Source: Desulfobacterales bacterium
GTDB lineage: Bacteria > Desulfobacterota > Desulfobacteria > Desulfobacterales > Desulfosalsimonadaceae
Direction: 5' to 3'
Assembly: GCA_046540355.1 (NCBI GenBank)
Contig: JBKHFD010000001.1
Location: 19,800 to 83,799, forward strand
DNA length: 64,000 nt
The position numbers and the translations under genes are program-made. Shown in pieces: positions 1 through 8,408 of this stretch; position 1 is the stretch's first letter; every line of letters begins with the position of its first letter. The notes below the pieces were generated by a model. That model worked only from the letters and a program-made list of their open reading frames with translations, made no database searches and had not been told where the DNA came from.

Positions 1-146
1 TGCTGCCTTTGGCTGTCATATCCCGTGCGCGGCAGAGGAACAGCCCTGCCAACCTTTACAGGGCAGTCAACAAGAGTTCCGAGCTTATCTTCAAGCCATG
101 AGATCAGATAAATAGGAATCGGTCCGATGGGAACAAGGAGAATCAT
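1..146 (-). CDS. Archaemetzincin (peptidase M54)-like Zn metalloprotease, 5' part; runs off the window edge
   Basis: Not in the ORF track. The minus strand reads AGGAGG RBS, then ATG at 146: MILLVPIGPIPIYLISWLEDKLGTLVDCPVKVGRAVPLPRTGYDSQRQ. This resembles the archaemetzincin N-terminus (I-x-L-V-P-I-G ... P-L-P-x-x-x-Y-D-x-x-R-x-Q). The HEXXH motif would lie outside the window. Confidence 0.65.
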   Translation of the reverse strand, partial: MILLVPIGPIPIYLISWLEDKLGTLVDCPVKVGRAVPLPRTGYDSQRQ

Positions 147-274
147 GGCGCCCGCCTCCTTTTGCCCCGAAATCCGCTGCCCGGGGCAGATGGGTAATTA
201 TTTTAAATTATATAATATAATTCAAAACAAAATGCAACCCACCCGGAGCCGGAGATCAAGCCCTGACCGCAGAG

Positions 275-1192
275 TTATGCGCTCTGCCCGAATATGCGGG
301 AAAAGAATCTTTTGCCTTGCCCGGGCTTTACTATCATCACCGGAACATACTTTTCCGTGCGCCTCAAAGTCTCGGAAATATTGCCCAGAAGAGACGTTTC
401 TTTTGCGGTATCCCCCGAAGCCCCTACAATTACCATATCGGCTCTTTCCCTATCAGCGGCATGGCAGATTTTTGCAGCCTCGCTTATTAGTTTCTCCGCC
501 TCCTCTATCCTGCAGGGGTAATCGTCCGGATTGCGGCCGAAGGCCCCGATAAAATCCCGGTGGCTTTTCTCCGCCCTGGCTTTGGTCTGGCTTGTTGTTT
601 TACTGGTTGAGACCGGAAAATAGGATTTTGTCACGTCCTGGATATAAAAGCATACCACGTCTGCGTCCAGACTGTCCTGCAGGTAAATGGTCCTGTCAAA
701 AGCACCCCTGGATTCCGTGGAATAATCGATTGCGCATAATATACGGGTGATTTCTTCCGGAGGACTTTCCGGCACAAAAAGAATGTCGCATTTCGATTCC
801 GCAGCCACCCTCCGGCCGTATCTTCCCTGCCGGTCCTCGCCGTGCTTCTGGCCGAGAAGCATAAGGTCGATTCCGGTTTCTTCAGCATAGGCAAGGATTT
901 CGTCGGCCGCGTCTTCTTCTGCAACCCGGGTTTCCACCCGGGTTTCCACATTAGAAGGAAACCAATCGCCTATCCGCCCGTCGAGCTCCTCGCGAATCAT
1001 TGTTTTCAGAGAACTTTCGACATCAGGAAACGACTTGCTCATCCGGTCTGGCAAATCATAGGCCTGAATGGCATGAATAAGCGTTACGTGGCCTATCCCG
1101 AACACTTCTGATACGTATGCTGCATAATTTACTATATCTTTGTCGATCTCTGTTAGGTCCAGGCATACAAGAATATTTTTTACGGGTCCCAT
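275..1192 (-). CDS. Universal stress protein, tandem UspA domains
   Basis: KNILVCLDLT and RILCAIDYS starts of two USP domains; DLMLLG and DMVIVGASG...LLGNISE motifs; begins 4 bp after the BCCT stop. Confidence 0.9.
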   Translation of the reverse strand: MGPVKNILVCLDLTEIDKDIVNYAAYVSEVFGIGHVTLIHAIQAYDLPDRMSKSFPDVESSLKTMIREELDGRIGDWFPSNVETRVETRVAEEDAADEILAYAEETGIDLMLLGQKHGEDRQGRYGRRVAAESKCDILFVPESPPEEITRILCAIDYSTESRGAFDRTIYLQDSLDADVVCFYIQDVTKSYFPVSTSKTTSQTKARAEKSHRDFIGAFGRNPDDYPCRIEEAEKLISEAAKICHAADRERADMVIVGASGDTAKETSLLGNISETLRRTEKYVPVMIVKPGQGKRFFSRIFGQSA

Positions 1193-1196
1193 AATA

Positions 1197-2876
1197 TTAT
1201 TTCTCCGTTTTGCCTTCCTTAATTTCCTCCTCTTTTTCCTGTCCGCCCTGTTCCCCGGCCTTGCCGTGCGGAGATCTGCCGGTTTTCTTATCTATGAGCT
1301 CTTTTATCAGATCATGATAGCTTTCACGCTCAACCGCCCTGGCTCGTATCTGCTCTGTTTCATACTCTTTTTCCAAGCCCTTTCTAAGGCTCCATGCCAT
1401 CAATATCAGCACCACGGAAAAGGGGAGCCCGGTTGTTATGGATGCTGTCTGAAGGGCTTTGAGCCCGCCTCCGAAAAGAAGCACGGCAGCCACCACTCCT
1501 TCTGTGGAAGCCCAGAAAACACGCTGACCAACCGGGGAAGAAAGCTTGCCTCCGGATGTAAACGCATCCACCACCAGGGATCCTGAATCAGAAGAGGTCA
1601 CAAAAAAGCTTATAACAAGCAGAACCGCTGCTATATTGGCCAGCACTGCAAAGGGGAAATTCTGAAGCAGTTCAAACAGGGCAATAGCAACATTCTGTTT
1701 CACTGTGGCAGCTATTTCTCCCATCTGGTTGAGTTCCATAAACAGTGCTGAGCCGCCGAATGCGGTAAGCCATAGAAAGGTGAGCAAGGAGGGCACGATT
1801 AGCACGCTTAAAACAAATTCCCTCAATGTGCGCCCCCTGGATATCCGGGCTATAAACATTCCGACAAAAGGCGACCAGGAAATCCACCATGACCAGTAAA
1901 ATATTGTCCAGGAATTCTGCCAGTCGCTCTGACTGTAACCTTCGGCCCAGAAGCTTATTTCAAAAAAATCATTTAAGTATGCCCCTATATTTTGCACATA
2001 AGTGTCAAATATAAAAAGCGTGGGCCCGACAATAAGGATAAATCCCAGGAGTACGGCTCCCAGGTTCATGTTTAACTCGGAAAGCTTTTTGACTCCGCGG
2101 TCAAGGCCGGATACCACTGATAAGGTTGCTCCGGCGGTAATGCCCGCTATAAGCAATATCTGAATATAAACATTCTCCGGCATGCCAAGAAGATGCCCAA
2201 GACCTGCGTTTACCTGCTGAACACCGAGGCCCAGGGAGGTTGCCAGCCCGAACAGAGTTGAAAGCACGGCCACGACATCTATGGCATCCCCCCACGGGCC
2301 GTATACCCGGTCCCCGAGCAGCGGATAGAATATAGAGCGGATTGCAAGGGGCTTGTTCCTGTTAAATGAAAAAAAAGCAAGCGACATCCCAACCAGGGCA
2401 TATACGGCCCAGGGATGCAGCCCCCAGTGCAGAAATGTTATCAGCATCGCCTCTTTTGCCGCCTCCATGCTTTCCGCTCCGCCAAAGGGAGAATCGGTAA
2501 AATGATATATCGGCTCTGCCACGCTCCAGAAAAGAATGCCTATGCCCATGCCTGCGGAAAAAAGCATGGCAAACCATGATAGTCTTGAAAATTCAGGAAC
2601 AGCATTTTTTCCGCCCAAACGTATTGAACCGTATTTGCTGAATGCGATATAGAGCGTGACAGCAAGGTAAAAATTAACTGAAAGAATTAAAAACCATCCA
2701 AAGTTACTCGATATGCCCTCCTGGATGGCTGAAAACACGTCTTCCATGGGATCGCCTACCAAAAGGGTCATCGCAATAAAAATGACCAGTAGAATGACGG
2801 TAGGCCAGAAAACAGGGGGGTGGATATCGAAAAACCGCCGCATGCCGGTATTTTTCCGCGCGTTTTGTTCTTCCAT
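1197..2876 (-). CDS. BCCT family transporter, probably glycine betaine/Na+ symporter
   Basis: SWFAMLFSAGMGIG, HWGLHPWA and WTIFYWSWWISWSPFVG signature motifs. Start moved to MEEQN (2876) because the ORF-track extension crosses the promoter and repeat region. Confidence 0.95.
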   Translation of the reverse strand: MEEQNARKNTGMRRFFDIHPPVFWPTVILLVIFIAMTLLVGDPMEDVFSAIQEGISSNFGWFLILSVNFYLAVTLYIAFSKYGSIRLGGKNAVPEFSRLSWFAMLFSAGMGIGILFWSVAEPIYHFTDSPFGGAESMEAAKEAMLITFLHWGLHPWAVYALVGMSLAFFSFNRNKPLAIRSIFYPLLGDRVYGPWGDAIDVVAVLSTLFGLATSLGLGVQQVNAGLGHLLGMPENVYIQILLIAGITAGATLSVVSGLDRGVKKLSELNMNLGAVLLGFILIVGPTLFIFDTYVQNIGAYLNDFFEISFWAEGYSQSDWQNSWTIFYWSWWISWSPFVGMFIARISRGRTLREFVLSVLIVPSLLTFLWLTAFGGSALFMELNQMGEIAATVKQNVAIALFELLQNFPFAVLANIAAVLLVISFFVTSSDSGSLVVDAFTSGGKLSSPVGQRVFWASTEGVVAAVLLFGGGLKALQTASITTGLPFSVVLILMAWSLRKGLEKEYETEQIRARAVERESYHDLIKELIDKKTGRSPHGKAGEQGGQEKEEEIKEGKTEK

Positions 2877-2933
2877 TGCAGCACCTGAAACAATAACTGT
2901 AAAATTATAGAAGATATCAACAATATTTAAGAC

Positions 2934-2962
2934 ATAATGATGCCTGTAATTATTTTTGTCAA
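2934..2962 (-). promoter_or_regulatory. Putative sigma70 promoter for the BCCT-USP operon
   Basis: Minus strand TTGACA-17 nt-CATTAT, about 60 bp upstream of the start at 2876. Confidence 0.5.
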
Positions 2963-2986
2963 GCAAGCTTGTGGCAGCTTGTGGCA

Positions 2987-3041
2987 GCCGCTTCGGGCCG
3001 GCCCGCCGGCAGATGTTTTGTCCGGCCCTCATGCAATGCTC
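2987..3041. repeat. Degenerate partial copy, inverted, of the palindromic element at 17398-17595
   Basis: 47 of 55 aligned columns match the reverse complement of 17427-17480, including exact blocks GCCCGCCGGCAGATG and CCGGCCCTCATGCAAT. Confidence 0.85.
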
Positions 3042-3205
3042 GGTGAAAAGCTTCTGGCATCGCCTGATGTTTTTGCACTTTACTTGAAAATCCGGATATT
3101 ATCGTTATTATAATCAGAGTAGAGGCAAATGGAGCAGGAGATAAATAATCCGGATTTGCCCCGGGTATTGCCAACATTTTATAAACAAACGGGAAAGGCA
3201 TTGAA

Positions 3206-3682
3206 ATGGCCAGGGAAATCGGCGTGGTCACGGAAATAAAAGGTGATAAAGCGGTGGTTAAAACCCATCGGGCTGCCGCATGTGAGGGATGTTCAGAAAA
3301 AAGCACCTGCCACAGCATGGGGGGTGCCAGGGAAATGGAAATAGAAGCCTTAAATCCTGTGAATGCAAGGGTCGGCGACAGGGTCACCCTCGAAGTTGCC
3401 GCGGGAAGGATGCTGCAGTTGTCCCTGCTGCTCTACATATTCCCGATTGCAGCACTTCTTGCAGGCGCGGTAATAGGAAATCAGACAGCGCCAATCCTCG
3501 GGTTTGACGCATCAATATTTTCAGCAATAGTGGGGTTTGCCGTATTCTTCCTTGCCCTGGGCGTGATCATGACCCTGGAAAAAAAAGCCAGACGCTCCGG
3601 GAGATTCAAGCCCACGATCACCGGCGCCAGAAGACCGAGCCCGGAAAGCAGCAGTCCCGAAACATGCGAATTATCCGGCTGA
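3206..3682 (+). CDS. RseC/MucC family membrane protein
   Basis: E-x-G-V-V N-terminus, CEGC-x5-C motif, ARVGDRV, LLYIFP followed by two TM helices. Confidence 0.85.
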   Translation: MAREIGVVTEIKGDKAVVKTHRAAACEGCSEKSTCHSMGGAREMEIEALNPVNARVGDRVTLEVAAGRMLQLSLLLYIFPIAALLAGAVIGNQTAPILGFDASIFSAIVGFAVFFLALGVIMTLEKKARRSGRFKPTITGARRPSPESSSPETCELSG

Positions 3683-5404
3683 GCCGCCCTCGTCCCTGAA
3701 GGGCCCGAGTATCTTTTCGAGTATCAGTTTCGTTGTAAGGTAGGTGGGTTTTATCCCTTCTTCTCCCATGCTTCCCGAAGCCAGGGTCTGACCGCTTTTT
3801 AAAGGATTGTCAGAAGCATAATAAGCATACATGACTTTTAAATCCTCTTTGACATGCCCTCGGATATAAGCCGCGTTTATGGCCCTCTGATAATGCCCCC
3901 CTTCCATCTCCAGACCTACGGCGCGCCAGGTTGAATCCTGAAATTTTTTAAGCACATGACGGTTCTGAAGCGAAGTTCCCAGCACCGTTATAAGGGGGCC
4001 GGTATAAACATCGAGCTCTCCGTTGAAATCGCTTCTGTCAAGATCGTTTTTGATTATATAATTGTGCGGGGTGCCTTCGAGCACATGGGCTGTGGCAAGC
4101 ATAATATCGCCTTTTTCGCCGGGAAGAATCCCCGCCTTCCCTATAATTGAAATTGATCTTGCATTCAGCATGTGCTGGATGCCGTTTTGCTGCCAGGGAT
4201 AAAGCAGCTCATCCATGACTTCAAAGGCCTGCTCACCAAAAGCGTAATCCATGACCAGGACAACCGGGCCCTCTTCTTTAATCCGCTTCCTGTCCGCACA
4301 GAAATCCGGGTGAAAATCCACCTGCAACGCCTCCCTGGTATCTATGATCTGACAGTCTATCTGGGAGCCGCTTTCATCTGCGATAATTGAACACCCATGC
4401 ATGGAGGCAAAAGAGTTGACCTTATCACCGTTTTCTCTGAGAAGGCCTGCAAAACTGTAAATGTCCTTGCAGCCGGAGCCGGAATCTTTCCCGCCCATTG
4501 CCGCATAACCGTATAACAGGTTTACCACGCTGTGCATATTTGCGCTTATGATATGGACAGGCCGTTTTTCCAGTCCAAGCTCGCACAGTCTTGACTTGAC
4601 AGAGGCCGCCCATTTTCTGGCATGGGTGCGATTTAATATAAGTGCGCTCAGCGAAGGGGTGAAATGCACTTCAACAGAGTTGTCCTTTTCACTGAGCTCC
4701 CGGTCCACTTTTTTTCCCATGCTGTATATGATATTGAAAAGCCCGCTGTTTGCGTTGGACTCTCTGCTGCTTTTATCCAGGTACAGATAAGCAGACTTTG
4801 TATCGTCAAAGGTGCGGCCAAGGAGCAGGCTTAAATTCCACAAAGCCTGGTCAAGATCCCTTTCGCACATATCGTCCTTGCAGGAGAGATCCCTTTCCAG
4901 TACATGCCACTCTGTGGTGATGCGGCCGTAATCGTCGCGCATCCTGTTTTGAACCTTCCTGGCCTCGATGTAGAGAAAAGTGATGTGGGTCAGGATATCG
5001 TATATTTCGCTATGGCCGCGGGTTATAACAAAACTCATCTCCGAGGGGCTGATTCTGTAGGAAAGCCTGCGCCGCTTGAGCGGCATAATTTTCTCGAAAC
5101 TCGCCCCCTCGTAATCCTCCTGGCCGGTCATAACGATCCTGCAGCAGGCTTCTATGCCCCGGGGCAGCCTGTCTATAACGTATTCAAGCCCCTTTAGCTC
5201 GATGCTCCTGGGATCATTCATGGAGCCGTAGATCTCGGGGCTAAGCGTTCGCAAAGCGCTTTCCAGGGTATTTCCCGTACGTCCGCCCATACGGTAATGC
5301 CCCCTTAAAAGGGCTGCATCGGCAATGGTCTTAAAGGTTCGGATGGCAAGCCGGGAATTGTCTGCCAGGGAAAATTCCGTAAATGTATCACACTGCTGGG
5401 CCAT
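3671..5404 (-). CDS. DUF6909-like conserved protein with a nucleoside phosphorylase-like C-terminal region
   Basis: LSPEIYGSM, ELKGLEYVIDRLPRGIE, EIYDILTHITFL, MDYAFGEQAFEVMDEL, IIGKAGIL..GDIM, GLEMEGGHY and YYASDNPL motifs; family assigned from memory. Confidence 0.7.
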   Translation of the reverse strand: MAQQCDTFTEFSLADNSRLAIRTFKTIADAALLRGHYRMGGRTGNTLESALRTLSPEIYGSMNDPRSIELKGLEYVIDRLPRGIEACCRIVMTGQEDYEGASFEKIMPLKRRRLSYRISPSEMSFVITRGHSEIYDILTHITFLYIEARKVQNRMRDDYGRITTEWHVLERDLSCKDDMCERDLDQALWNLSLLLGRTFDDTKSAYLYLDKSSRESNANSGLFNIIYSMGKKVDRELSEKDNSVEVHFTPSLSALILNRTHARKWAASVKSRLCELGLEKRPVHIISANMHSVVNLLYGYAAMGGKDSGSGCKDIYSFAGLLRENGDKVNSFASMHGCSIIADESGSQIDCQIIDTREALQVDFHPDFCADRKRIKEEGPVVLVMDYAFGEQAFEVMDELLYPWQQNGIQHMLNARSISIIGKAGILPGEKGDIMLATAHVLEGTPHNYIIKNDLDRSDFNGELDVYTGPLITVLGTSLQNRHVLKKFQDSTWRAVGLEMEGGHYQRAINAAYIRGHVKEDLKVMYAYYASDNPLKSGQTLASGSMGEEGIKPTYLTTKLILEKILGPFRDEGGSAG

Positions 5405-5449
5405 ATTGTTTTATTTACTCCGATCAGCGCAGTCTCTGGCGGTCATTTT

Positions 5450-5727
5450 TTATAGCGGGTAATTATAGCATTGTTTTTCGAAATTGTATACCATTGTCCG
5501 GCTGTCGGTTCGATCCGCTACATACTGCGGCATAACAGGCACCTTGCCGCCCCCGCAATGCGGATCAAGTCCAGTGCGTAAGGATTTATCCGCGCCGGGT
5601 AAGGTACCACAGCTTCCCGTATATCTTCTTTTGAAACACCCAGATTATCTGCCAGTTCGGCGGGGGAGGCCAGGCTGTCTGCCAGCAGAGTTTTCCAGTC
5701 CTTTGTTGCCTGAAACGATGAAGTCAA
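5450..5727 (-). pseudogene. kamA: KamA-family (lysine 2,3-aminomutase-like) radical SAM gene remnant with an internal deletion and frameshift
   Basis: The N-terminal part DWKTLLADSL...YPARINPYALDLIRIAG is joined in the -1 frame to GGGKVPVMPQYV...VYNFEKQCYNYPL* (stop 5452-5450). These match the KamA N- and C-termini. No CxxxCxxC remains. Confidence 0.8.
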
Positions 5728-6744
5728 TTACGAAAGCCCCACTCCGTACACCGGGGCACTGCATTCCGGGCACTTGTTATCCTCCAGCCGGTTTTCAACC
5801 ACTGTGAAACCCCTTCTGGCAATGACGCAGGCTCCGCACTCATGGCAATACGTACTTTCAGTGGCTTCTCCCGGCACATTTCCAGTATAGACATATTTCA
5901 GCCCCTGCTCAAGACCTATCTCCCTGGCTCTGCTAAGCGTTTCCACGGGAGTTGACGGCCGGTCCGTAAGTTTGTAGGTGGGATGAAAACGGCTTATGTG
6001 CCACGGAGTGGTATCTCCGAGCTCGGTGACCAGGTATTTGGCAAGGCTTTTTAATTCTTTTCCGTCATCGTTTAAGCCCGGAATCAAAAGAGTTGTAACC
6101 TCCAGAAAAATTCCGAGTTCCCTCATCTTTGCCAGGGCATTTAAGACATGCTTCAACTTTGCGCTGCAGTAGTTTTTGTAAAAATCATCCGTAAAAGCCT
6201 TTAAATCCACATTGGCAGCATCCAGATAAGGATGTATCTCTTTAAGAGCCTCTTCGGTCATATAACCGTTTGTGACAAAGACGTTTTTAATGCCTTTTTC
6301 ATGTGCAATTTTTGCGGCATCACAGGCAAGCTCAAAAAAAACCGTGGGCTCGGTGTAAGTATAGGCAATTGAACTGCACCCTGTAATCTCTGCTTCCTCC
6401 ACAATCTGCTCCGGGGTAAAGGTCTTGCCCATGATTCTTCCCTGATGATCTGTTGCCATATGCGCTATATCCGCATTCTGGCAGAACTTGCACCTGAAAT
6501 TGCAGCCCACCGTCCCTATGGAATAGGCCAGGCTTGAGGGATAAAAATGGAAAAGCGGTTTTTTTTCAATGGGATCGACATGCCTGGCAATTATCCGGTC
6601 ATATACAAGTGAATAGAGTATCCCGTTTCTGTTTTCCCTTACATTGCAGATGCCCCGAGCGCCTTCCTTGATTATGCAGCGATGGCTGCAAAGATTGCAC
6701 CTGACTTTTTTTTCCTGTTGCTGCTCGTATAACCGGGCTTCCAT
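5728..6744 (-). CDS. amrS: AmmeMemoRadiSam system radical SAM enzyme
   Basis: N-terminal CxxCxxxC..G.C.VR, DPIEKKPLFHF, GCNFRCKFCQN, IAYTYTEP, HISRFHP, YVYTGNV. Confidence 0.93.
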   Translation of the reverse strand: MEARLYEQQQEKKVRCNLCSHRCIIKEGARGICNVRENRNGILYSLVYDRIIARHVDPIEKKPLFHFYPSSLAYSIGTVGCNFRCKFCQNADIAHMATDHQGRIMGKTFTPEQIVEEAEITGCSSIAYTYTEPTVFFELACDAAKIAHEKGIKNVFVTNGYMTEEALKEIHPYLDAANVDLKAFTDDFYKNYCSAKLKHVLNALAKMRELGIFLEVTTLLIPGLNDDGKELKSLAKYLVTELGDTTPWHISRFHPTYKLTDRPSTPVETLSRAREIGLEQGLKYVYTGNVPGEATESTYCHECGACVIARRGFTVVENRLEDNKCPECSAPVYGVGLS

Positions 6745-6802
6745 ATACCTTACCTCCCGAAACTTTGCTTTTAATTAATACTGGTACCGCAAGCCCGGAT
6801 TG

Positions 6803-7594
6803 TCAATTCTCTAATTTTTCGTCCCGATAATCCCCGGCGCAGCTTGCGACCTGCTCGCCCCGGGGTGCAGGCTGGTGGATACGACATTTCAGTGCAAGTG
6901 GCTGGGCCCTGAAACTGGGCACCGGATCCGCCGTCATCCCGGCGAATCCTCCAAAAGGGCTGGATCTGAATATCCCGGTGGACTCCATACTTTGTATCAG
7001 GGGGTGAGGAAGCCATGGTACCTGGAAAACTGTTTGCCATTTAAGGGGAACTCTTCCAAGAAGACAGAAAAGCATCCGCCTGATCTCACCGATACTGAAA
7101 AGCCTTGGCTGTGTGCCTGTATGCGGCTTTAACAGCCTTACAGCCCGGCACTGGACGGCATACAGGGAGAACTTGTTTATTATCCCGATAAAAATCCGGT
7201 CCCTGGTGACCCGGCAGGCCTCTTCCACCGCCCTGAATGGCTCCTCGCAAAACCCAAGGGTCAAAAAGATAACAGTATAATTAAACGAATTATCATCAAA
7301 GGGCAGGTCCTCTGCATAGCCCTTGTAGAGCTCCACCCTGTTTCCCAGATTCCTGCGCGCCTCGCCGAGCATGTGAACACAGGGATCTATGCCGGTAAGA
7401 TCGATGCCCTTGTTTAGAAACGGTACAAGGCTTTCTCCGGTGCCGCAGCCTATATCAAGAAGACTTCTGGCGAATGCGGGCTGAAGCATATCCGCCATCA
7501 GCCGTCTCTGCAGCTCGAGGACGAGATGTTCCTTTCTCCCGGCCGTCAATCTCCGGCGTCTTTCAGTAACCTTTGGATCAAACAAGTAACTCAT
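6803..7594 (-). CDS. Class I SAM-dependent methyltransferase
   Basis: LLDIGCGTG motif I, GIDP, AEDLPFDDNSF. Confidence 0.88.
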   Translation of the reverse strand: MSYLFDPKVTERRRRLTAGRKEHLVLELQRRLMADMLQPAFARSLLDIGCGTGESLVPFLNKGIDLTGIDPCVHMLGEARRNLGNRVELYKGYAEDLPFDDNSFNYTVIFLTLGFCEEPFRAVEEACRVTRDRIFIGIINKFSLYAVQCRAVRLLKPHTGTQPRLFSIGEIRRMLFCLLGRVPLKWQTVFQVPWLPHPLIQSMESTGIFRSSPFGGFAGMTADPVPSFRAQPLALKCRIHQPAPRGEQVASCAGDYRDEKLEN

Positions 7595-7745
7595 GCTGTC
7601 TTTTTATGGGAAAAAAACCGGATTTGCAAGCACAAACCCGGTCGGGAAACAATTCAGGGGTTATCGGTTCGGCACACAGGTATTGCCCGTATCTTTTAGT
7701 TGCCCGTGGAAAATTAAGTGAGCTGGAAATTAGTGGCTGGGCTGA

Positions 7746-8147
7746 TTACAGCAGGCTGTGGAAGCGCACGCCTATACCGTCGGAACCGGTTCTGGCGATT
7801 TCACCTGTCCGCTTGATGTGCCTGTTGTTATAGGGATGCTCAAAAGACATGGTTACCTTTTCTCCGGGCCCGAGCTGATTTAAATCCGATTTCAGGGTCT
7901 CCACATAGGCGCCGCTGTCGCTTACGTTTTTAAAAAATCCGTTGAACAGTTTGCCTTGTACCGTAAACTGAACCGTATGCCGGTAAGGGCGCCTGGAAAA
8001 CTTTCTTCTCGCACTTGCCCGTCTGCTCTTTAACTCCGAGAGCAGTTCCCTCTGCTGCCGGGGTGAAAGTTCAAGGACGAAATCCACAAGATCGGACGAC
8101 AGAGGAGAAACCATTATTTCCTTTTTAACCTTTTTTGTCTCTTCCAT
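7746..8147 (-). CDS. PilZ domain protein (c-di-GMP receptor)
   Basis: RRKFSR (RxxxR) and NVSDSG (D/NxSxxG) motifs; C-terminal GIGVRF. Confidence 0.88.
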   Translation of the reverse strand: MEETKKVKKEIMVSPLSSDLVDFVLELSPRQQRELLSELKSRRASARRKFSRRPYRHTVQFTVQGKLFNGFFKNVSDSGAYVETLKSDLNQLGPGEKVTMSFEHPYNNRHIKRTGEIARTGSDGIGVRFHSLL

Positions 8148-8408
8148 TTTTGCGTCCTTGTTTGAACAATGCCTTATAAAGCAAACTAATTTTCAATAAA
8201 AATATCAATGTCCGTAATCTTATTATCATTCTTTATCACAAATGTGCAAGCACATCCGCGCATTTTTTTCAAAATCCAAGAAAAAAACTTGCACTCATGC
8301 CGTATACATGTTCATTTTAGGACAATCCATGAAAAATAATCCGATTCATGTCTTCCGCCCCAGGCGGATGCCTGAAGTGTCATTTACCGGCAAAAGGAGG
8401 TTTTTTAC

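Noticed and set aside
127-552. 141-aa plus-strand ORF
   Set aside because: A shadow of the USP gene and the archaemetzincin start on the opposite strand; no motifs.
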